NCBI GenBank assembly: GCA_051362555.1
Contig: CM120646.1
Coordinates: 11,098,001-11,162,000, forward strand
DNA from: Lingula anatina
Taxonomy: Eukaryota > Animalia > Brachiopoda
Direction: 5' to 3'
Length of the DNA: 64,000 nucleotides
Below, one piece after another: positions 23,601-35,984 of this stretch; the stretch's first letter is position 1; each line of letters begins with the position of its first letter. The notes under the pieces are model-generated. The model did not search any database. It worked only from the letters and a program-made list of their open reading frames with translations, and had not been told where the DNA came from. The position numbers were made by a program, and so were the translations under genes.

Positions 23601-26600
23601 ACTAAATGAGATTTTTAAAATTATGTTTTAAGTGACATTTTATACAAAAATATAAATATGTAATTCAGAAAACATATATCTTTCAGGACAGTACAAAGTT
23701 ATATAATATATAGTTTTTTAACTAACAACTATTTTTTGCACTTCCAGACAAATTTTGATTTCCCATGGGTGAAAATTGTAAAACTGAAAATCCTGAAATT
23801 GTAGCTTGCAATTTCTCATCACATTTAGTTCATTAAAATAATAATAATAATAATAATAAAAAAAGCTATCAAAGTTCAAAACGAAGATTAAAAATTCTGA
23901 AATCAGACATAAACCTGAAATTTTTCAACCCTGACCCTACCTCCTTCAGCAGCTCCTCCAGTTCTGCTGGCCATTCCTGCATTAAAGCATCAATCTCTGG
24001 CATATTTCTGGGAAAAAACATCCAAATATAGACATTGGAAATAATAATCCTAATTGAACATTCCTCTATCTATTGACCTTTTTATATATTTTTATATAAA
24101 CAATGTTTAAAGATTTTATACTGTAATGTCATTGCAAGTCTTTATATATGGACTGATGTGCATGTTGTAAGCTTTAGGTTAATTAAAAAAAAAAGAGAGA
24201 GAACCTATGCAGAGGTCATTATAAAATACTATACTGGGCTTAAAGAAATGAACAAAGTCCGTGTGATTCTAAAATATTACTAATGCATAAAGCCATGCCT
24301 CTATTATCAAAATACAGACTTTCCATATATAATTTAAAAGCAAATTATACAAACATGGACGTAAGTAAACCATGGGATGTGACTAAAATATGCAATCTTG
24401 CCAACCTGCAGGAATTTTTAAAGAAAATTGCACTGCCTAATAGCGTTCAAATAGTGACTACCTGACTTATATTGACAGACTGTCAATATAAAGATAATTT
24501 CATTACAGTTTTTAAAATACTAGATGGAAGACAGTACTCTTAAAATGACTATAAGGGATCTGGATAAGAGCATTACTGAAAGAAACAGCTAACTGATGTG
24601 AAAAATCAAGTTATAACCCGCTTTATACCACGCAGCTGGATGTAAAGTTTCATGGTTATAAGCTGTAGACAGGAAACATGCTGAAATGTGTAATTTTAAC
24701 AAAACAAGCACTGGATGTGGGGAAAACTAAACAGAAACTCTTACAACACTCTACATGCAATGTAACTTACAGCATTCATGCTCATACAATTTGTTCTCTT
24801 CAATCAAGCAATTGGCAAAATGAATATTAAGCTTTTATGAAATAATTCTTAAACAGAAAAAAATAAATAAAGCAAAAGATATGGCATGTTTTACAAAGGG
24901 TAGAGAGTATTACCATGCTTTTTGTAGAGATTTTAGGATTTGGATATGCTGAAACTTAACCTCACGAATGAATTCCGTTCTATATAATTTGTATAAATGT
25001 GAAGCAAAAGAAGAAAGTCAATAAATCAGTCTCACCTATGTGACTACCTGTGTAAATTTTTAACACTTAAACTAGTGCCTGACTAGGCTATGAAATTTAA
25101 CCAGGAATCTGATAACTAAAATCTACATTTTGTCACAGAAAGAAAACAGAATCTACTAATAACATACGGTTTCTGATGAGCGATTGGGTAAAGAGGAGAA
25201 ATACTGAAAAGATCATGTGCATATGTCTCTCTGATTCCGATGATCTTTTAGCAAGGAGGATAGGGCTTAAGTAAAGAATGCAGCATAAAAAAAACTTAAG
25301 GTCTTTACAAAACACCTCTTCCCCTCACTTACCCTCTATATGAAATCAATGGAAAAGAAGAGTAATACATAATCCAACAATATACAAAGTTACAATGTAT
25401 GACACGTGTAAAAAACAAAAAAATTAAAAACATAAAATTGGACCTCATCTAAAAAAAGCTGTTAGATCAAAATGCCATGTATGAATTAGTATCAGAACTG
25501 GTAAGTCAATGAATAAGTTAATCTAAAGATGAATAAATTTTGTGATCATTTACACTGACACTTACTTTGTATAATGTACAGTAGGTGGTGGTTTGGACCT
25601 GTGCAGCTCTTTGATACTCTCAATCCAGCTGTCAATAGCCTTGGGGTTCTTTTCAGCATTTTCTAAACTTTTAACAACCTGTCAGACAAAATTAAAAATA
25701 AATGTTTTATTTTAAAGTTGACATTTTTAAAACTAATTGTTTATGCATTTTACAGGATCAATATTATTTCAATTTCACAGCTGAAATGTGAATATGTAAA
25801 TGATAAAATGTGAAGCAAAGCAAAACATCATAAAATGTGAATCCTGGCAAAAGACTCACATAAAATGTGAGTTCTGAAAAAAGGAACTTTAAGAAGAAAA
25901 AAAAAAAAAAAGCTGCAATGCATTATGCATTGCATTGTGCACTTCACATATAATGACATCAAATGTGCCCTTAAATTCAAAAATAATTTGTGGTGCAGAA
26001 CATCAGAAGAGTTCTTTGATTAAACAAACACCAGTACATACCACATCCACGTAGTTCTGCATATGTTAAAGGATAGTCATGAATATTTGTGACAACTTAT
26101 CAATACTGACACACAGGCAATATATAATACTATTATTCATAAAAACATGTACTTGACACTGGCAAATAATTATTTAGCAGGACTATTAATTCTATTTGAG
26201 GAAAGTTTAAACCATACTAACTATCCACATTAATGTTATGCCTAAGGTCGTTTTTTTTTTGGGGATACAGGAAATGGGTGTTAACATTGTTATTTGTAAT
26301 TTTGTTTTTTGGATCAGTCAACAAATAACAAAATAAATAAAGAATCAATAATGGCCCCAGACTGCTGTGAAATTTGAGAAATGCTGTAGATTCATACCAT
26401 AGCTTTGAGGTTGGTCTGCTTGGAGATTGCCCTCAGCTGGAGGTCAAGGACAGTGGGGTCAGACTGCTTGGCACAGGGTTCATCAAGTACAGTCAATCCC
26501 AGGTTATCTGGCTTCAGATCTGGGCGAGGAATCTGGAAGGAGTATAATAAAGGTGTTAATATTCTGTATTCAACAGTATAAAAATTGAAAAAAAAGGGGA

Positions 26601-29600
26601 AAATTTACTCAATAGATTCTGAAACAATTTAATATTTCATTGGATGAATGAAAATGTTCAACATATTCAAACAATATAATGCAGATTTATAATCGCTGAC
26701 TGTATGAAAAGGTTCAACATTTTTTTAAAATATGATACAGGGGCCGGTTTCACAAAGCAGTAGTTAGTTAGCGATCGGTAGTTAGGCTTCGTTCACATGC
26801 AATGTCTATTTTCTAATTTCTATTTTCTATTTGCGCTATCTTATGATCACGGTCTGTGCCCTGAATATCCCGCCGCGTAATTACTGGCAGCGCGAGCCAG
26901 TTACTTATAGTAACTTATAGTAACTGGCTCGCGCTGCCAGTAATTACGCCGCGGGATATTCAGGCCACAGACTGTGATCATAAGACATACCGCAAATAGA
27001 AAATAGAATTTAGAAAATAGACATTGCATGTGAACGAAGCCTTAGCCTCTCGCTAGTTATAGTGCCGTTTCACGAAGCAGTCGCTAGTTCTCTCGCTCGT
27101 TATTGTCTCGTTGTTGCCTTGGATATTTAACGACTGGTCAGACCAGTCGCTAACTCTAGAGTTTCATCGTACGCATGCGTAATGAGTGAAATAAAAAGGT
27201 TGCTTAGTTACCGTTGTCTGTCGTTTGTCTTTGAATCCAATATGGCGGCTACTTTTCTTGCTATCCGAACCACCAGACGGCAATGTAGACTACGACGTTT
27301 TCATGAAAGGCAGAATCTATTAGAATATACACACGATGATGCAATTTACGAGAGGTTGCGCCTAGCTGTGACAAAAAGAGCGGCAAAAAGGTGGTGGAGA
27401 TCCTTTACGACGACCTCAAAGCAGACGTTCTTATGCATTTCCAGCCACCAAAAATTGGAGAGTTAGTGCTTTCGTGACACTTTTACGCAAGAGTTCCGGC
27501 AGACGGTTTCGAGACTACGGTGAGTAACGAGAGAACTAACAGTGTTTCCCCTGGCTTTCAAGGTCTGTGAGGTGGTAGGCAATCCGCGATCCCAGCAATA
27601 CTAGGGGGGTCCGGTGGCATGCTCCCCCGGAAAATTTTTTTAATCGAGGTGCAATTTGGTGCATTTTAGGGTATTTAGAACTGATTTTTTTTACATTTTA
27701 TGTGGCACTGAATTGTCTTGTTTTAGATGTTTTGAGGAGTAAATTCAGTAATGACATAACAAAGGTTTGGACAAAATTTATTTTCCAGTATGCATTCACA
27801 CAGTTTAGTCCTTTTCAGTTTATAGAACATACTCTTTCAAGAAAAAAAAAAGTTAGTACTTTCAAAAAAAAAGTTAATACTTACAAGACACAAGAAAAAG
27901 GGCTTACTACATTGAATTATTTTCAAATTGACCAAAAAGTTGATAAAATATGTTGTTCTTACTGTTTTCACATTTCTGAAAGTAACTGGTCAATTGACTT
28001 TGCGTGTGGGAGCGCTTCATCCTAATATAAAACTGCTTCAAAAAGTTCTCTCCCTTAATTGTCGTTCAGCGCAAAGCGACTCCCGCTACTAGTTATAGGC
28101 CTACGTAGTTTGAGATGCAATTTATAATCAACAACTTCAAACACCGTTAAATGAATTCTTTGGAATTAAAGAGATGAAAATCCCACTTATCATCAATTTT
28201 AGTTCTTCGTTTATTCATTTATATGGTTCTATTCGGTCATGGGAATTCATATTCAATGGTTTCCACGCGAAATACTGACGTGACCCAGTTTTACAACGCT
28301 ACTGCTTTCACAAAACTTACCGTAAATCAATAGAAAATCTTCTCCAAGTTTATAAAAACAACGAAGGCCACTTTATTTGCTCCTTTTTTATCAGTGAATA
28401 TTCGTAAACTATAAAAACAAACAACAGGCAGTCTGAATTTCGGAACATGAAGTGACAGAGAAAGTGCATTCTTGACACGTGATTAAATGGTGTCAAGAAC
28501 AGTTGCCTCGTTTCGCTGCGTCTCTCATACTTCACAGAACTGCGAAAACGAGGCACTTACAGGGAGATAGTAACTGCTGGTTATTTTTAGGCATACGCGC
28601 ATGCGTATTTCCGTTACTGCTAAATCAAGTGCTCAGAAGCATGGGATTACGTATGTAAACAGAAAATGCCATATTTGCTTAGAAATAAATATAATTTTCA
28701 GTAAGCATGAGTGAAAATATACTTTGTCGTTCCATTCAGCCCAACGAGGCGGTGTTTTTGACAAATTTCAGAGAGGCGCTTGCAAATTTCAGCGAGGCGG
28801 GCGCCTCGCTCATTTAAGTGCAGGGGAAACACTGACTAACGACCGAACTTTACGACTGAACTTAGCGATGAGTTAACGACTGCTTCGTGAAACACCCCTC
28901 GAAAATCGCTAAGTTTGCTCGTTAGCGAGGTAGTTCAGTAGTTAGTTGTTCTAACTATCTACTGCTTTGTGAAACCGGCCCCAGAGTTATAATAATACCC
29001 ACTAGACAATTCTCAAAATACCTTGATAAAAGCATCTATATCCCCCACAGCAGGGATGTAGTCTGGTATAAATGGTTTCATTTTGTGTTCCAACTCAATG
29101 GTCTGCGGGGTATAGCGAGTGATATACTGAAACAACTCCTTGATCTCCGGGGTGACAGCTAGGTGCTCATAGTCTGCTGGGTCATAGGCTCTGTAAAACA
29201 TCAGTGATATTTATGAATTAATAGAAAAAATAATATGCGATTATTAGCTGATCCTTAAAAATTAAATGATAAGTAGACCTGTAAAGAAATATTTGAGAAT
29301 TATCAAATATAGAGGGATGTATTTCAAAATAGTCTGAATGGAAACAAAAGTGATTTAAAAGAGTCAGTTGCAAAAGAATACCCAATCACAGATAAGGAAT
29401 TACTAATTTTTCACCTAAAAATTGTGAGAAAATAAATAATTTCCTGTTTAAAGCTTAGCACTTTAGATGAAAAATTCACTCTTTGGCCAATCCTTATGTT
29501 TTTACACAATATAACTTTTGCTTTTTTGTATGCAGTATAGTATCACAAAGAAGTGTCACTGTGAACAATAAGTCTCTACAACTCTTTGATGCAAACAAAT

Positions 29601-32600
29601 CTGCAACAATATTATCAATAGGGCCCTAAATTACAATAAACTGGTTACTGTCAATAATGAGAACAGTTATCTTTCAACACCAAATGAAATTTCAAAAAGT
29701 GAAAAAAGCTATAACACAAAAAACAACCAAAAATTTTGTTAAACCTTCCAGTCCCTTCAAACTAGATTCCTCCCTGCATAGCTGGATAACAAGACAGGAG
29801 ACTAGCTGCTATATGTAGGTCTGGTGTTTTTTCTGACAAAACATTGAACCTGAACAGATAATTATGTTGGAAATAAACAAAATACAAAAAAAGAAACATG
29901 AGCATTTCGTAGTTATACACCCCTAACCCAAGGAGAAAGATAACATGTTATGTTAATAATAATTCAGTTCTTCAGTCATCTTACTTCCCCTCTGGGTCTG
30001 GGATACATTTGTCTATTAAGTGCTCTTTCACTTTTCTCTTACGCCTCCTCCTGAAATGTGTAGTTTACTTTAAATTTGTATGTACAAAAATGATAACAGA
30101 TTAAATAATTTTAGCAAGATTGTAATGTCATGGTCAGACCACTTCCCCTGTTTTTTCAACCAAATATCCCATTTTTTATCTAATAAAGCTGACTAAAATG
30201 AAGGAGCCTGTGATACACTTCAAAGGTCATAGGGAGATGACAAAAATGGCAAAATTCACATCCACAAAAGACTGATGTAAACCAAAACAAGGCTTACAAC
30301 TTTGCAAAACTAGAGGATCAGAGAGGCGATACCACCTCCAAATATTGTACCACCAGCTGGAGCAAGCACATTCGCATAGACCCCCACATACACAAAAAAA
30401 GGGACACAGCCACCAGTTTTGTGCTTGACAAGCTGTAAAAATGCAATCAACAAGAATTCTTAAACTATTGCAAAAAATATATATGGTCATTCAAATTTAA
30501 GTTCTTCGTAAGATAGGTCAAGGGTCAATTTCAAGGTCACAGTAAATTGCCAGTATATGACTTCCTATTCAAGTTCAATAGTAACTATGGACCTATCTCT
30601 GGCAGTTTTGGAGATAAAAGGGAAGCAAAATTTGCAAAATTCAGTTCATGGTGAAAAGTAGGTCAACGGTCAATTTCAAGGTCACATTTAGATTGCCAGT
30701 ATATGACTTTCTTATCAAGTTCAATAGTAACTATGGACCTATCTCTGCCAGTTTTGGAGATAAAAGGAAAGCAAAATTTGCAAAGTTCAGTTCATGGTGA
30801 AAAGTAGGTTAAAAGTCAATTTTAAGGTCACATTTAGATTGCCAGTATATGACTTCCTATTTAAGTTCAATAGTAACTATGGACCTATCTATGCCAGTTT
30901 TGGAGATAAAAGGGAAGCAAAATTTGCAAAGTTCAGTTTATGGTGAAAAGTAGGTCAAAGGTCAATTTTAAGGTCACATTTAGATTGCCAGTATATGACT
31001 TCCTATTCAAGTTCAATAGTAACTATGGACCTATCTCTGCCAGTTTTGGAGATAAAAGGGAAGCAAAATTTGCAAAGTTCAGTTTATGGTGAAAAGTAGG
31101 TCAAAGGTCAATTTCAAGGTCACATTTAGATTGCCAGTATATGACTTCCTATTCAAGTTCAATAGTAACTATGGACCTATCTCTGCCAGTTTTGGAGATA
31201 AAAGGGAAGCAAAATTTGCAAAGTTCAGTTCATGGTGAAAAGTAGGTCAAAGGTCAATTTTAAGATCACATTTAGATTGCCAGTATATGACTCCTATTCA
31301 AGTTCAATAGTAACTATGGACCTATCTCTGCCAGTTTTGGAGATAAAAGGGAAGCAAAATTTGCAAAGTTCAGTTCATGGTGAAAAGTAGGTCAAAGGTC
31401 AATTTTAAGGTCACAGTAAGATTGCCAGTATATGACTTCCTATTCAAGTTCAATAGTAACTATGGACCACCAATATGTACTTTTTGATACAGCGTAACTC
31501 GAAAACCGTATGGAATACAAAAAAAACGAGACCACCTCCAGTGTTGGGCTTTACATGCTCTACAAAATGCAACACTTTCCAATAATATTATTGGTTAAGT
31601 CTGTGTAGTGTCTGAATAACAGGGCAAAAAAAATTTTTTTCGTAAAAAATTTCATTTTTTTGAAAATTTTGGCCCATTTGACCTTGAAGTAAAGGTCAAA
31701 GGTCAAATCCAAGGGTATATTTGAAATCTACACATATGACTTTTGGAAAGCCGTCTATAGAAATTTTTCCCATAACTCCTTCTGTAGGGTAGATAATTAG
31801 CATTTAATTTTGCCATTTTTAGACAAGGGTGCATTGTAATGAGTGCCACACCCAGACCCCAATACCGACAAAGCCCAAATTTTACGTGGAACGAGTTGAG
31901 ATTATAGGTGACCTAAATCCATGAGATGGGTACGGGGGCCCTTACCGTCTAGGAGGAGAAGCGGTAACGGTAGCTGTCCGGCGGAGCCGGCGGAACGATC
32001 CGGACGGGACCGAAACCATGTGTACCGCCAGCGCTAACGCTGGTGGTACAATAAAAACTGTACAAAGATAGAACCTGAAAATAGACTTGGGACAAAGTAA
32101 TTCACCACCACAGTATCCGATACCGATAAGAACTGACCCACAATCTAAAAAGGCACTAACTCTTGATACAAATTCTCCTATAATGATCAATTTCTCTAAC
32201 TAGTTTAGACACAGAAAAGGTTTAAGGCAATCCAAGACAAAATCCTAACTGTCTGCCCTAAGTCAATCCCAAACACATGGTGCCAACACCCATTGATACA
32301 GGTATACCCGTGTTAAAGGAGACACCAGGGTAAAATCCCTTACCAAGTTGAATACAACACAGATTCTTTGATACTGAAAGTTCTGCATCATGAGTATAAC
32401 ACTGCTAAACCCCTCTCCACCTTCCATAACTCAAGCTAGACCTTATTTTCACTCACCCCACAGCTTGCATCCCTAAGTTATCATCTTCCTCCTCATCATC
32501 ACTTTCTTCCCCATCCTCATCATCGTCACTCCTCCCCAAGTCGTCCCTGTTTAAAGAGGGGACAGCTCGGGGCGTCTGTCTGAATTATGAGAATTCTGAG

Positions 32601-34256
32601 TTAAATACGCCCATGATTAGTCTTATGTCAGTTTCTACATGTAGTTCTCTGCCACTAGGAGCTTCTACTTGTTATTGGCTCTAAGCGTTTTTATAGAATA
32701 CTCATTACGGACTGTCAATATTGCAAAAGCACACAGTTTTCTAAGGTTAGATTTCTAAAATGCTTTCAAGAATTTTGTTACTCTTTGCAGATTTAGTTGA
32801 AGTCTATGAGGTTTTGAAAAAAGAAAGAATGTAAAAGGACTACAGGCAACTTCCTTGTAAAAAGAACCTAACCAAATAAAAGAATGTTTTATCTTTTTCT
32901 TTTGCATGTAGAGTTAAAATCATAGCTGAAGGACTGATTCCATAAAATACAGAAGGAAAATATAATTCCTTTTTTTTTCCTTTATGTGTCCAGCCAATCT
33001 ATGATAAAACTGACATAAAACTAATATGATTTTATTTAACACAGTTCCCAGTGATCATCTATGAAAAACTGCACCCCCCCCCCCCCATCTTCCACTATTC
33101 CTATCTATCTGCTCTCCATATTAAGCCTGGATTAATCCCAACCCATCCCAGCACTGCCTCTATCAACCCCCCCCCCCCCCCCCATCCTGTCATTGCCACT
33201 TCTGACATATTTCATCCTGAGAAATCCTTGAAAAAATCCGACACAACTTTAAGTGTTCATGTTGTCAGTTGCTCCATCTGTCACAGTCTCCCTGCCACTT
33301 TCAATGCTCAATTCTTCCATCCCTACTTCTAAATATTGAACTTATTTTCAGAGGCATATAAAGTAAATATTTTAATACTACAATCACCTAGTCAATAAAG
33401 ATTATCGAATTTCAATGCATATTGTCATGTATATACATTCAAAGTAAGATAAATTTAGGATAAGAAGAAGTGATCACTTTAATACTTCTCAATTTTAGGT
33501 ATAAAAGTAAATCAGTGGAAGCTTAAAGAAGTAAAATCAGTGTGTTGTATTTTTACATGTACAATGAAAAAGGCAGCTTAAGGTGAGACACTACACCTAA
33601 AAATTGGGATTTTTGGACCTAGCTGAGACACCTCAAAATGTTTACCAAATGTCTGGGTATGATGAAAAATATTAAAATTAACTATTTTAGGTGTCTCAGC
33701 TAGGTCCAAAAATCCCAATTTTTAGGTGTAGTGTCTCACCTTAATCAAAAGAAAATTTTATTCACACAGAGAAACTGTTAGAACACACCCATGCACACAT
33801 AAGAAAACATATTTTAGGAAGACAATTATCCACTGTAAACAATTTGATCTTGGTAATATTATTCAAACAATTCATTAATAAGAGAATCAGTGCACTAAAA
33901 ACATATTGTGGAATAAAAAGTTGTAGTGGTATATATCAATGCATCTATAGTACAATCAAATTAAATAATACAGTGTTGTTTATCTTCAAAATAAAAGATA
34001 AAGCTGGTCTGCCAGAAGTCCAAGCAAAACAAGCACATGTCATAGTTCATGCTCAATGAAAAAAATCTTATCTGAAAACATCATTTAGATTTCATTTTGT
34101 TTTTCAAGATAAAAAAATTAAAATGACCACCATTATTAAAGAATTTCTGATGAGCTAGTGAACAGTAATTTGGATTGATAAAAGTGAATAAAAGCTATTT
34201 TAATTTTTATCAGTTTAATTGACTAAACAAAAAATGATTCAAGCTTTGACAAAAAA

Positions 34257-34319
<63 letters not shown>

Positions 34320-35984
34320 AATAATATGTTTAACTGACAGGCCCGCAATATTTCCCACAAAAATAATTTCTTTGAAAAGTTAATTCTATTTCATTATTTT
34401 AACATTTTCAAAATATCTCATACAGCTAAAACGTGATTTTTAAGGAATAACTATTACAAAGACTTACCCTTCCATCTGCACACCCTGATCATCATCATCA
34501 TCATCTTCATCATCATCATCCTGGTCCGTCTCATCTCCCTCCTCGCTGTCATCTTCATCTCCATCTTCATTGTAAGCAGGTTGTTGCTGCTCAAGCTGCT
34601 GTTGTTGTTGCCGTGGATTTACCTAATAACAGAGAACGATTCGTATGTTATAAAGGCTGGTTTACAACAACTTCAAATGACAATATATAATATAATTAGT
34701 AACTTTTTAAAAAATTACGAGTTCTTTTATTTTCTTTGGTTATAATCTGAATTGATTGTTTATAAAAGTACTGTTATAAAATTATCTGGTTCATTCATAA
34801 AAAAACTCTTCAAGATGTAAAGGTTATTGGCAACAATTGTTCTAAATCAACAGATCTTTATTTTTTTTTTAAAGAGAACATATGAGCAACTACTGGTCAT
34901 CAAGATTTCTTGAGTTAGCATACAAACACTACAAAGCTTGTAAAATAATCTTTCATAATCCTGTATTTCTCTGGTAATGTAAGAAAGTAAACTGGCACTG
35001 CTAGTATAAAAATACCTGTGGACTGGGCTGTCCAGTATCAAACTCATCGTCAAAATTGTCACTCATTCCGGACTCGGGTGGGGTGTTTCCACGGCTATGA
35101 CCGCGGTCTGAAATAAATATATAAACTTTTCATTTGATATTCATTAAGCAAGAGTTTGACAGATGTAAGTGTAAAATAAACAGTACTGCTTTTAAAAATC
35201 AAGTTCCATTTTATTGGAGTATAACTTTATGACAATGTTGGTGAAAAGAGTTGTTTTTCTGGACAGTTTTAAAAGTGCTGTTTTGAAAACATTTCCTTTG
35301 CTTGAGTTGTATGGATTTATTATCTGAAAATCGTTAAAAAATCATTTAATGCTTTTCCATACACTACATACATTATGATTCCAGACAGTGATTTGTTTTG
35401 TTAAATTACACCAATATTATTTTATAGTTTTAGTATTAACTTTACCACCAAAAGGTACTCTTGGACTAGGTGTGTATGTGCTTGCAACTTCCTCGGAATC
35501 AGGAACTTCTAGAGATTCATCATAAGGCTGATTCTGGTGGAGGGTCGCCTGTAATGTTGATATAAAAACATGCATTGAGAATAAATGAACCCCCTTTTCT
35601 ATTTTTGTTTAAAAACTAGAAATTAGAACATGTATACAATTAAAAATATTTTGCCATACACGCCTAAAATACATGTGATTAATTTAAAACCAAAAGAGGG
35701 ATACTTATATTTGTGATTTATCGAGTCGGTTATGTGACGTATAAATATATGGTTAATTCGCCATGAAATTGATTGACCTTCTAAATTTGGACCCTGAGCG
35801 TCGTTGGATACGGACTAATTTCAGAGTGTATAACGTAGATTATCACGTCAATTTTAGCACTTCAGATTCTACATTTAACAACCTTAGATTATCAAGTGTA
35901 CACAACTATAATTCCGTCTATTAAAATCCAACAACAACAATCTATTCAACTTACGTTTCCTCGATCTTCATCAGAATCCGCCAT
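22714..35984 (-). CDS. IFT46: Intraflagellar transport protein 46 (IFT-B core), 368 aa with exon 4a or 356 aa with exon 4b
   Basis: Exons 35984-35955, 35548-35446, 35107-35016, 34622-34468 (or 32575-32457), 29190-29022, 26532-26398, 25678-25566, 24007-23941, 23505-23445, 23160-23075, 22809-22714 join in frame. Conserved GAYDPADYEHL, FIPDYIPAVGDIDAFIK, LDEPCAKQSDPTVLDLQLR and LHVLFTLYSEFKNSQHF. Confidence 0.96.
23075..23160 (-). CDS. IFT46: IFT46 exon 10
   Basis: SLLDIPIYKTKIQALHVLFTLYSEFKNSQ. Confidence 0.95.
23445..23505 (-). CDS. IFT46: IFT46 exon 9
   Basis: VSLPPADLDCDLGMYVDIIC. Confidence 0.94.
23538..23600. repeat. (TC)n(TA)n compound microsatellite
   Basis: Seen directly in sequence. 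Confidence 0.9.
23941..24007 (-). CDS. IFT46: IFT46 exon 8
   Basis: NMPEIDALMQEWPAELEELLKE. Confidence 0.95.
25566..25678 (-). CDS. IFT46: IFT46 exon 7
   Basis: VVKSLENAEKNPKAIDSWIESIKELHRSKPPPTVHYT. Confidence 0.96.
26398..26532 (-). CDS. IFT46: IFT46 exon 6
   Basis: IPRPDLKPDNLGLTVLDEPCAKQSDPTVLDLQLRAISKQTNLKAM. Confidence 0.96.
26785..27041. mobile_element. Nested near-perfect palindromic MITE (TTA TSD)
   Basis: Arms of about 125 bp, GGCTTCGTTCACATGCAATG... / ...CATTGCATGTGAACGAAGCC; TTA on both flanks. Confidence 0.88.
27540..28834. mobile_element. Nested hAT5-like non-autonomous element (5-bp TSD ACTAA)
   Basis: TIR CAGTGTTTCCCCTG / CAGGGGAAACACTG; ACTAA on both flanks. Confidence 0.8.
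29022..29190 (-). CDS. IFT46: IFT46 exon 5
   Basis: AYDPADYEHLAVTPEIKELFQYITRYTPQTIELEHKMKPFIPDYIPAVGDIDAFIK. Confidence 0.97.
30310..32053 (-). mobile_element. Helentron-associated (HINE/DINE-1-like) element, copy 1
   Basis: SubTIR TATTGTACCACCAGC, 3' hairpin and CTAG end, T-rich insertion site, internal 146-bp array; inverted copy of 45580-48940. Confidence 0.85.
30512..31468 (-). repeat. 146-bp satellite array, about 6.5 units, inside HINE copy 1
   Basis: GTAACTATGGACC recurs at 30581, 30727, 30873, 31019, 31165, 31310, 31456. Confidence 0.95.
32457..32575 (-). CDS. IFT46: IFT46 alternative acidic exon 4b
   Basis: Phase 0-2; TPRAVPSLNRDDLGRSDDDEDGEESDDEEEDDNLGMQAVG; cAG acceptor and GG|GTGAGT donor. 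Confidence 0.75.
33582..33740. mobile_element. Palindromic MITE with TTAA TSD (Kolobok-like)
   Basis: TIR of about 55 bp GGTGAGACACTACACCTAAAAATTGGG...; TTAA on both flanks; GG termini. Confidence 0.8.
34254..34322. repeat. (TAAA)n microsatellite
   Basis: Seen directly in sequence. Confidence 0.9.
34468..34622 (-). CDS. IFT46: IFT46 acidic exon 4a
   Basis: Phase 0-2; VNPRQQQQ...DDDDDQGVQMEG; GG|GTAAGT. Confidence 0.88.
35016..35107 (-). CDS. IFT46: IFT46 exon 3
   Basis: Phase 1-0; DRGHSRGNTPPESGMSDNFDDEFDTGQPSPQ. Confidence 0.8.
35446..35548 (-). CDS. IFT46: IFT46 exon 2
   Basis: ATLHQNQPYDESLEVPDSEEVAS, matching the NQPYDE motif of IFT46 N-termini. Confidence 0.88.
35955..35984 (-). CDS. 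IFT46: IFT46 exon 1 (MADSDEDRGN)
   Basis: ATG followed by 30 nt and a GTAAGT donor, phase 0. Confidence 0.75.

Larger units (their letters stand above)
26741..28981 (+). mobile_element. Non-autonomous PIF/Harbinger element with transposase 5' remnant and two nested insertions
   Basis: TIR GGGCCGGTTTCACAAAGCAGTAG at both ends; CAG TSD; remnant MAATFLAIRTTRRQCRLRRFHERQNLLEYTHDDAIYERLRL (from about 27242) resembles Harbinger transposase N-termini. Confidence 0.85.

Noticed and set aside
23764-23933. Possible hAT-like MITE (CATGGGTGAAAA / TTTTCAACCCTG)
   Set aside because: The TIR is imperfect and there is no matching TSD.
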